Shown here: one piece after another, positions 25,714-32,000 of the stretch
How positions within the stretch are numbered: the stretch's first letter is position 1
Layout of the letters: every line of letters starts with the position of its first letter
Assembly (NCBI GenBank): GCA_000025185.1
Contig: CP001848.1
Location: forward strand, 4,140,001-4,172,000
Length of the DNA: 32,000 nt
Origin: Pirellula staleyi DSM 6068
Lineage (GTDB): Bacteria > Planctomycetota > Planctomycetia > Pirellulales > Pirellulaceae
Direction of reading: 5' to 3'
The notes under the pieces: model-generated
The model's input: the letters and a program-made list of their open reading frames with translations, nothing else
What the model was told of the DNA's origin: nothing
Databases searched by the model: none
Made by a program: the position numbers and the translations under genes

Positions 25714-27735
25714 ATGACCCATTCCCTATGGCTGAAAATTCGTCGAGCAACCTCGCTGGCTCTCGCGCTACTGATCACCTTCACCTCGAGTGGACTTCCC
25801 CTCCGTTTGCTCGTCGCGCAAGAGCCTGCGCAGCCCGAAGCTGCCAAGGAAGAAGCTGCCGCTGAGTCGACCGAGTCGAGCGTTTCTGCCTCCGACGAAC
25901 TGGCTCTCTCGCAAGGTCAGCTCGCCGATAAGTACACGCGACTCGAAGAGCTGCTGTTCAAGATGGCGTCGCTCGAAGCGGCCACCAATCCGCGCCGTGC
26001 CGCGCTGCTGACTCGCGCCGTCGAGCAATCGAAAGAGCGGCTCACCAAGACCCAGCTTGAAACGATCGCGAAACTTCTGTCGCAAAAACAGCTGAAGCGT
26101 GCTGTTGATGGTCAGGTCGCTGCCTCGACCGATCTCAAAGCGCTCCTCGAGCTCCTGCTGAGCGAAGATCGCTCCGACCGTTTGAAGAGCGAACAAGCGC
26201 GCATCAAGGAATACATCAAAGAGGTCGAGCGTCTCCTTCGTCTGCAAAAATCGTTGCAAGGACAAACTGAAGGGGGAGCGACTCCCGATCGACTCGCCAA
26301 AGAGCAGGGTGAAGTTGCCGAGCGGACCGGTGACCTCGCTCAAAAAATCAAAGAGACCGAAGAAGGGGCCTCTCCCTCGGAAGAAAAACCGGGCGATGAA
26401 CAACCTGGCGAATCAAAGCCCGGTGAAGAGAAACCTGGCGAAGCAAAACCGGGCGAGCCGATGCCAGGTGAACAGAAGCCGGGCGAAGGGAAGCCGATGA
26501 GTGGCGAACCGATGGAAGGGAAACCTTCGGAAGGGAAGCCCTCGGAAGGCAAACCGAGCGAAGGCAAGCCAATGGAAGGGAAGCCGGGCGAAGAAAAGCC
26601 GAAAGAACCGATGCCTGGAGAGCCCAAGCCCGGTGAAGAAAAACCTAGTGAAGAAAAACCTAGTGAAGAAAAGCCTGGAGAAGAGAAGCCGGGCGAGCAA
26701 AAGCCGATGGAAAGCAAGCCCATGGAGGGTGAGTCCTCTGAAGGCAAACCGATGAGTGGCGAGCCGATGGAAGGGAAACCCTCCGAGGGCAAACCATCCG
26801 AGGGCAAGTCCTCCGAAGGCAAGCCGAGCGAAGGGAAACCATCCGAAGGGCAGCCATCGGAAGGGAAACCGCAAGAGAGTCAGCCCCAAGAGCAGCAGCC
26901 CGAGAATCCGGCGCGCAAGAGCCTTGAAGAAGCTCAGAAGCGGATGCAAGAAGCGCAGAAGCGACTCGAAGAAGCCAAGCGTAACGAGTCGGTTGACGAG
27001 CAGCGGAAGGCCAAAGAAGAACTCGAGAAAGCGAAGGCGCAGCTCGAGGAGATTTTGCGTCAGCTGCGCGAAGAAGAAATCAAACGGACCCTCGCGGCTT
27101 TGGAAGCACGCTTTCGCAAGATGCTCGAAATGCAGCTGGTGGTTTACGAATCGACACGACGCCTCGATCAACTTCCCGCCGACAGCCGCGGCGAAGCTTT
27201 TATTGTGCAGTGTGGCAAGCTCGCGTTCGACGAACGCAAAATTGCTCTCGAAGCGCAAAAGGCCTTGGCAATCCTGGAGGAAGAGGGATCGTCGGTAGCG
27301 TTTCCCGCTTCGGTGGAGCAGATGCGCGAGGATATGGATCAGGTCGGAAATCGACTGGCCGAAACGCGCGTCGACGACATCACGGTGGGAATTGAAGAAG
27401 ACATTATCTCCGCGCTGGAAGAAATGATCGAAGCCTTGCAGAAGGCTCAAAAAGATCAGGAAGAGCAAGAACAACAACAGCAGCAGCAACAACAGCAGGG
27501 TGAGCCCGAAGATCAGCCTCTGGTCGATAAAATCGCCGAGCTGAAGATGATCAAGGCGCTGCAAGAGCGTGTGAACAAGCGGACTAATCGCTATGCCCGT
27601 TTGCTCGAAGACGAAGAGGATGTGGTGGGTCAGGCTGAGTCAGCCGATCTGGTCGACGCGCTGCGTCAATTGAGCGAGCGACAGCAAGAGATTTTCCGCA
27701 TCACCCGCGATATTGTGCTCGGAAAAAATAAATAA
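25714..27735 (+). CDS. Secreted coiled-coil protein with a 35-unit pentapeptide (E-x-K-P-x) repeat and a 9-Gln tract; unknown function
   Basis: GGAAAGGA lies upstream of the ATG. The signal/anchor is LALALLITFTSSGLPLRLLVAQE. Charged heptad-rich segments flank the repeat (aa 223-399). QQQQQQQQQ is at 27482-27508. Confidence 0.75.
   Translation: MTHSLWLKIRRATSLALALLITFTSSGLPLRLLVAQEPAQPEAAKEEAAAESTESSVSASDELALSQGQLADKYTRLEELLFKMASLEAATNPRRAALLTRAVEQSKERLTKTQLETIAKLLSQKQLKRAVDGQVAASTDLKALLELLLSEDRSDRLKSEQARIKEYIKEVERLLRLQKSLQGQTEGGATPDRLAKEQGEVAERTGDLAQKIKETEEGASPSEEKPGDEQPGESKPGEEKPGEAKPGEPMPGEQKPGEGKPMSGEPMEGKPSEGKPSEGKPSEGKPMEGKPGEEKPKEPMPGEPKPGEEKPSEEKPSEEKPGEEKPGEQKPMESKPMEGESSEGKPMSGEPMEGKPSEGKPSEGKSSEGKPSEGKPSEGQPSEGKPQESQPQEQQPENPARKSLEEAQKRMQEAQKRLEEAKRNESVDEQRKAKEELEKAKAQLEEILRQLREEEIKRTLAALEARFRKMLEMQLVVYESTRRLDQLPADSRGEAFIVQCGKLAFDERKIALEAQKALAILEEEGSSVAFPASVEQMREDMDQVGNRLAETRVDDITVGIEEDIISALEEMIEALQKAQKDQEEQEQQQQQQQQQGEPEDQPLVDKIAELKMIKALQERVNKRTNRYARLLEDEEDVVGQAESADLVDALRQLSERQQEIFRITRDIVLGKNK
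26380..26910 (+). repeat. In-frame 15-nt tandem repeat array (35 consecutive pentapeptides, e.g. EGKPS / EEKPG / EGKPM) with a 255-nt higher-order duplication
   Basis: By hand parsing, Pro is at unit position 4 in 33 of 35 units and Glu at position 1 in 32 of 35, with no phase break. Units 8-13 (EGKPM SGEPM EGKPS EGKPS EGKPS EGKPM) recur as units 25-30, 17 units later, with many synonymous nucleotide differences. Confidence 0.9.
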
Positions 27736-27809
27736 GTCGGACCGGTCGAAGTCGGTGGGTGTGTCGCTGACATACCCTGGAAGTTGTCCGTGGGTAGGGA
27801 GTATCCGCC

Positions 27810-28871
27810 ATGAAACGATGGAACACCGAACGAAGATTTCTGCCGTGGCTCGCTGCCGCAGCGCTGTTGCTGGTACCAGCCTCGCACGGCATCGCTGCCG
27901 ACGAACTGGCCCGCGCAGCTTCGTGGCAGCAGACTTCGCCCGTCGAAGCGCGCGAGGTACTCACGCAGCTGCTCGCGGAAATCAAAGCCGACGAACTGAC
28001 GCTCGCCAAGGTCGACGCGCTGTGGCCTGCCGAGGGAAATCCTCCAGCCGGTCTGCAAACGCTCGATCTGTTTTGCGCGGCACTGGCCGCGATCGATCCT
28101 GAAGTTCAGCCGATACTCGATCTGGTGAGCGAGCCTCGGGCAACGTTCCAGATTCCGAAGTTCGAAATTCTGGCCGATGAATCGCGCCCTTTGGCGATGC
28201 GCAGCAATCTTCGCCTGCTTGTTGGGCGCTGGCTCGCGCAGCAAGGGCTCGTCGATGAAGCGAAAGAAATGCTCGCCAGTATCGATGTGAAAGAAGTGGT
28301 CGACCCGACCTCGCTCCTCTTCTTTCGCGCGGTAGCTCACCACCGTCTGCTCGAAAAAGATCCTTGCCTCGCCGATGTCGCCAAGCTCCTCGAAAACGAA
28401 GCGTTGCTCCCCCGTCGTTATGTGCAGCTCGCCAAGTTGATGCAGGCCGATCTCGCTCCGCTGAAGCCTGATTCGCTCGACGAAGTTGCGCGGCTGATGG
28501 ACGATGTGCGTCGCCGTCTCGACCTTGGTCGGGCCGGGAAACGTGTGCGCGACGAAGAAGAGGAAGTAGTGAAAAAACTCGAGAAAATGATCGAAGAACT
28601 CGAGAAACAGCAGCAGCAACAACAGCAGCAAGCCTCGAGCGGCGGCAGCAATCCGTCGCCATCTTCCCCCATGCAAGATAGTCAGGCGGCTCAGCTGAAA
28701 GGTCCCGGCGAAGTCGATCCCAAAGAGGTTGGCAAGCGCGATGGTTGGGGCAATCTGCCACCGAAGGATCGTCAGGAAGTGCTGCAGCAGATCGGTCGTG
28801 AGCTTCCCGCCCACTTCCGTGAAACCATCGAAGAGTATTTCAAGCGACTCGCCCAGGATGGAGTGAAATAG
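27810..28871 (+). CDS. Secreted helical protein with an 8-Gln tract; unknown function
   Basis: The signal peptide is RRFLPWLAAAALLLVPASHGIAADE. The body is helical and Leu-rich. KKLEKMIEELEKQQQQQQQQ is present (poly-Q at 28608-28631). The conserved-looking C-terminus is NLPPKDRQEVLQQIGRELPAHFRETIEEYFKRLAQDG. GGGAG lies upstream of the ATG. Confidence 0.75.
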   Translation: MKRWNTERRFLPWLAAAALLLVPASHGIAADELARAASWQQTSPVEAREVLTQLLAEIKADELTLAKVDALWPAEGNPPAGLQTLDLFCAALAAIDPEVQPILDLVSEPRATFQIPKFEILADESRPLAMRSNLRLLVGRWLAQQGLVDEAKEMLASIDVKEVVDPTSLLFFRAVAHHRLLEKDPCLADVAKLLENEALLPRRYVQLAKLMQADLAPLKPDSLDEVARLMDDVRRRLDLGRAGKRVRDEEEEVVKKLEKMIEELEKQQQQQQQQASSGGSNPSPSSPMQDSQAAQLKGPGEVDPKEVGKRDGWGNLPPKDRQEVLQQIGRELPAHFRETIEEYFKRLAQDGVK

Positions 28872-28877
28872 ACGACG

Positions 28878-30143
28878 ATGGTTGGTTCCTTTGCGAGTTC
28901 GATACGTCTCACCAGTTTCCTGCTGGCAGTTTTGGGCGCACTAAGCGCTAGCTCGAGTCTAGCGTTAGCCGAGGGCCTCAAGGTGGTGCTGCGCCGCGCG
29001 AGTGGCGATGTCGAGACCGCGCAGCTGAGCGCTCTCGATAGCGAAAAAGTGGAAGCCACCATCGCGGGAAAACTAACGACCATTCCGATTGCCGATCTGC
29101 TCGCCGTCGAACTCTCGGGGGCTCGCATTGCGGTCGCGCCGCAGGCCTGGCTCGAACTGCTCGATGGCTCCACGCTGCTCGCCACCGACTTCACCACCAC
29201 CTCGGGGACTGCTCAGTTCAAACTGCTGAGTGGTCAAGAGTATTCGATCCCCACACGCTCGCTCCGAGCGGTTCGCTTTCGTCCGGGAACGGAAGCGACG
29301 AACAAAGCCTGGGCCGATATCGTCGGAGGTGATTTGACCGGCGATCTGCTGGTGATTCGCAAAACGGCGGAAGCCTCGGAAGATGCGCCGGCTGAAGGGG
29401 GTATTGTGCTCGATCAACTCGACGGCGCGATTCTAGGAGTCGCTGCCACCACAGTGAAATTCGACTTCGATGGTGACAAGATCGATGTGAAGCGCGAGAA
29501 GCTCGAAGGGATTGCCTTCTATCAGCCTGTCGCACGCAATCTCACCCGTCCGCTCTGCCAGTTGCTCGACCGGGGTGGTGGTCGCTGGATGGTGAAGTCG
29601 ATGAAACTCGAAGGGGAAAATCTCGCGGTTGAAACGCCGGTCGGTGCGCGGATCAATCTGCCGCTGGCCGATCTGGCGACGATCGACCTGGCCGCTGGCA
29701 ACCTCCTCTTCCTCACCGATCTGGAGCCGGAAAAGCGCGACGCTCTGTTCGGGCTTCAGCCTGCGGGGATGACCGCCACCTTTGCTCAGCTGTATCAAAA
29801 TCGGGCGAGCGATACTCCCTTCAAACTTGATGGGAGCACGCATGCCCGCGCCCTTGCGCTGCATGGCAAATCGACCCTCACTTATCGCCTCCCCGAAGGA
29901 TTCAAGAGCTTGCGAGCGGTGGTTGGAATCGACGACGCCGTGCAAGCCAGTTCGCGCGTGCAGCTGACGATCGTGGTCGACAATCGCGAACTCTTTAAAG
30001 GTGAATTTGACAACGATCATCGAGGGCCTGTGAACCTGGATCTCGATGTGACCGGTGCGCGTCGATTGGTGATTCTGCTCGAGCCGCTGGGGCCCGACTT
30101 GCGAGCGCAGTTGCTCCTCTGTCAGCCCCGCTTATCCCGCTAA
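28878..30143 (+). CDS. Secreted protein: four beta-rich internal repeats plus a C-terminal NPCBM-like (carbohydrate-binding-module-like) domain
   Basis: The start lies 6 nt after the previous stop. The signal peptide is LTSFLLAVLGALSASSSLALA/EG. The C-terminus FKLDGSTHARALALHGKSTLTYRLPEGFKSLRAVVGIDDAV...VQLTIVVDNRELFKGEF...PVNLDLDVTGARRLVILLEP follows the NPCBM pattern (l.l.G..y.kGlG.Ha.s...y.l...y..f.a.vGvDD...v.F.V..D......p..l.vdv.ga..L.L.v). Confidence 0.7.
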   Translation: MVGSFASSIRLTSFLLAVLGALSASSSLALAEGLKVVLRRASGDVETAQLSALDSEKVEATIAGKLTTIPIADLLAVELSGARIAVAPQAWLELLDGSTLLATDFTTTSGTAQFKLLSGQEYSIPTRSLRAVRFRPGTEATNKAWADIVGGDLTGDLLVIRKTAEASEDAPAEGGIVLDQLDGAILGVAATTVKFDFDGDKIDVKREKLEGIAFYQPVARNLTRPLCQLLDRGGGRWMVKSMKLEGENLAVETPVGARINLPLADLATIDLAAGNLLFLTDLEPEKRDALFGLQPAGMTATFAQLYQNRASDTPFKLDGSTHARALALHGKSTLTYRLPEGFKSLRAVVGIDDAVQASSRVQLTIVVDNRELFKGEFDNDHRGPVNLDLDVTGARRLVILLEPLGPDLRAQLLLCQPRLSR

Positions 30144-30191
30144 AACCGACCGCCACGCCCGTCGACCCGATGAGGCCAGAAGGCAAGCACG

Positions 30192-32000
30192 ATGAAGATG
30201 ATTTTTTCCACCGCGAAACAGCTGATCGCCGCACTCTTCGTCGCGCTTTTGCAACTGAGTGACGCCGCGATCGCGCTGGCGCAAGAGGCGACGGAAGATA
30301 CTGTCGCCAAATCGGCCACGCTGGTTCCCGCTGCTGTTCTTGAAGCGGAGAACAAACGGATCTTGGCGATCGAGCGTGGTGTCCGCTCGACGATCTCGGT
30401 CTTCTCCGCCGATGGCAATGGTGGTGGCTCGGGGGTGATGGTTTCGGCCGATGGCTATGCCCTCACCAACTTCCACGTGGTGCAGCCTTGCGGCAACTTT
30501 ATGAAATGCAGCTTGCCCGACGGCAATCTCTACGATGCCGTGGTGGTGGGGATCGATCCGACTGGCGATGTGGCGCTCATCAAGCTGCTGGGACGCGATG
30601 ACTTCCCACCCGCCACGCTGGCCGATAGCGACAAAGTCCGCGCCGGTGATTGGTGCTTTGCGGTGGGCAATCCATTCCTGCTGGCGACCGATTTTCAGCC
30701 GACCGTGTCGTATGGCATCGTGTCGGGAGTGCATCGCTATCAATACCCGGCCGGCACTTTGCTCGAATACGCCGACTGCATTCAAACCGATGCCGCGATC
30801 AATCCGGGTAACTCCGGAGGGCCTTTGTTTAATAGCAGCGGCGAACTGATTGGTGTGAATGGACGTGGCTCGTTCGAAAAACGGGGCCGGGTGAATGTCG
30901 GGGTGGGCTATGCCATCTCGATCAACCAGATCAAGCATTTCATGGGCTGTTTGCGAAGCGGACGGATCGTCGACCACGCGACAGCGGGCTTCAGTGTTGC
31001 CACCGCTGCTGAAGGGGGCGTGCTCGTTTCGAACATCCTCGAATCGAGCGATGCCTATAAGCGGGGCCTCCGCTACGACGACGAAATCATCGCCTTCGGC
31101 GGCCGCTCGGTGAATTCGGCCAACGCTTTCAAAAACATCCTCGGGATCTTTCCTAAAGGGTGGAAGGTTCCGCTCACCTATCGCAACGAGGCAGGCACCC
31201 ACGACATCGTGGTGCGACTCACCGGCGTGCATGGGGAAGAAGAACTGATCGGACTCGTGCAAAAGCAGGTCGAGGCAGAAGGCCCCAAGCCCATGCCCCG
31301 CCCGATGCCTATGCCCATGCCCGGTGAAGAAAAGCCAGGCGCAGAGAAACCGGAAGAGAAAAAAGCAGCGCCAGCCCCTGCCACCAAACCGGGCGTGCCT
31401 CCGGTGAGCGACGAGCTGAAAAAATGGTTCGTCGGTCGACTCGGCTATGCCAACTATCACTTCAATAAGCTCGAGCTCGATCGCGTTTGGTCGTCGGCCA
31501 CCCAAGACTGCAATCTTGCCGAGGCAACAGGCACCTGGAAGATCGCCGGGACGATCGAAGGCAAAGGTGATTTTCTTTGCGAGCTCTCGAGTACCAAGGC
31601 TTCGATGACCCTAGCCGGGACCACAATTGAGCTTGATCTCGCGAAAGATCTCGACGAGCAAAAAGGTCCAGTAGGGACCGGCGGCTTACTAGTCTCGCTC
31701 TATTTGTGGCGGATGATGCTGGTCGAAGGTCCGGCCAAGTATGGCGAGGTCAGTTACTACGGAACGGCTCCCGATCCTGGTTTTCTCGCGGAAAATGCCG
31801 TGATGTACGATGTATTGTCGGCTGTTCGCAATGTGGTGGAATCGCAACTGCAGTTTTCGCCGAGCGATGGCCGTTTGGCGATTGTCGAATCGCTGGTCGA
31901 CCCCGATGCCGATCCTTGTCGCCTCGTGATGAGCGACTACAAAGCGGCCGGGCCGATGCAGCTTCCCCATCGTTTGTCGATCTCGACCGGCGGTGTGCTG
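30192..32000 (+). CDS. Secreted HtrA/DegP-type (S1C) serine protease with one PDZ-like domain, a Pro/Met/Lys/Glu linker and a long unknown C-terminal extension. The 3' end lies outside the window.
   Basis: This gene is not in the supplied ORF track because it has no stop in the window. I translated frame 3 by hand: 603 codons are open from ATG 30192 to nt 32000. The signal peptide is MKMIFSTAKQLIAALFVALLQLSDAAIALA/QE. Triad contexts: ALTNFHVV (His), GDVALIKL (Asp), NPGNSGGPLFN (Ser). The PDZ-like segment is GVLVSNILESSDAYKRGLRYDDEIIAFGG. The 457-aa antisense ORF 30132..31505 is therefore spurious. Confidence 0.85.
   Translation, partial: MKMIFSTAKQLIAALFVALLQLSDAAIALAQEATEDTVAKSATLVPAAVLEAENKRILAIERGVRSTISVFSADGNGGGSGVMVSADGYALTNFHVVQPCGNFMKCSLPDGNLYDAVVVGIDPTGDVALIKLLGRDDFPPATLADSDKVRAGDWCFAVGNPFLLATDFQPTVSYGIVSGVHRYQYPAGTLLEYADCIQTDAAINPGNSGGPLFNSSGELIGVNGRGSFEKRGRVNVGVGYAISINQIKHFMGCLRSGRIVDHATAGFSVATAAEGGVLVSNILESSDAYKRGLRYDDEIIAFGGRSVNSANAFKNILGIFPKGWKVPLTYRNEAGTHDIVVRLTGVHGEEELIGLVQKQVEAEGPKPMPRPMPMPMPGEEKPGAEKPEEKKAAPAPATKPGVPPVSDELKKWFVGRLGYANYHFNKLELDRVWSSATQDCNLAEATGTWKIAGTIEGKGDFLCELSSTKASMTLAGTTIELDLAKDLDEQKGPVGTGGLLVSLYLWRMMLVEGPAKYGEVSYYGTAPDPGFLAENAVMYDVLSAVRNVVESQLQFSPSDGRLAIVESLVDPDADPCRLVMSDYKAAGPMQLPHRLSISTGGVL

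Noticed and set aside
26380-26910. Possibility that the 15-nt periodic array is a CRISPR or other non-coding repeat
   Set aside because: The units are contiguous with no spacers and are far shorter than CRISPR repeats. They are in frame within a long ORF and conserved at the amino-acid rather than the nucleotide level.
26340-27564. Minus-strand ORFs 26340..26822 and 26413..27564, and plus-strand alternative frames across the pentapeptide repeat
   Set aside because: These are repeat-induced open frames. Any frame of a 15-nt periodic, stop-poor sequence stays open. Only the 25714..27735 frame connects to a signal peptide, an RBS and flanking coiled-coil sequence.
27482-28631. Poly-Gln tracts as slippage-driven phase-variation (contingency) loci
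   Set aside because: The repeat unit is 3 nt, so slippage cannot switch the frame on or off. The tracts are interrupted CAG/CAA mixtures, which reduces slippage. They are kept as a paralogy observation instead.
30132-31505. 457-aa minus-strand ORF
   Set aside because: It is antisense to the hand-translated HtrA-type protease frame (His/Asp/Ser contexts plus a signal peptide). It has no recognisable motif of its own.
1-32000. Mobile elements, prophage, integrase, tRNA, rRNA or toxin-antitoxin signatures, and abrupt compositional shifts suggesting an island
   Set aside because: No transposase, integrase or recombinase motifs appear in any frame of the ORF track. No inverted terminal repeats or tRNA-like cloverleaf were noticed. 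Composition and codon bias look uniform by eye. A tRNAscan/Infernal run would be needed to exclude small RNAs formally.

Overview
This is a GC-rich bacterial chromosomal segment. Its protein repertoire points to Planctomycetota, probably Pirellulales-like: a BBP7-type outer-membrane barrel, a giant subtilase with an N-terminal LETLEDRRMLA motif and C-terminal dockerin repeats, a membrane Ser/Thr kinase with long low-complexity linkers, and a MoxR/DUF58/BatA-type cluster. I support 18 protein-coding genes. I recognised no rRNA, tRNA, CRISPR array, transposase or integrase.

The left half (1-15.4 kb) is a mosaic of small, unrelated units:
- the 3' part of a GH57-type glucan enzyme;
- a convergent Rrf2 regulator + AzoR azoreductase bicistron;
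- a stand-alone bioD;
- two low-complexity exported proteins;
- a 1068-aa membrane Ser/Thr kinase;
- a BBP7 barrel;
- a roughly 1490-aa S8 protease.

The right half (15.9 kb to the window end) is the most interesting part. It is one tightly packed, single-strand array of nine genes. The first four are MoxR AAA+ ATPase, DUF58, and two large BatA-N/VWA/GATase1-like membrane proteins. The next five have no assigned function:
- a 3-TM 809-aa protein with a coiled-coil tail;
- a secreted coiled-coil protein with 35 in-phase (E-x-K-P-x) pentapeptide repeats and a poly-Q tract;
- a secreted poly-Q protein sharing a paralogous module with the previous one;
- a secreted protein with four beta-rich repeats plus an NPCBM-like domain;
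- a secreted HtrA-type protease with a long unknown C-terminal extension. This gene runs off the window and is absent from the ORF track.

I interpret this as an extended Bat-like, envelope-spanning MoxR-VWA system of unknown function. All family assignments come from motif recognition by eye. No database search was run.
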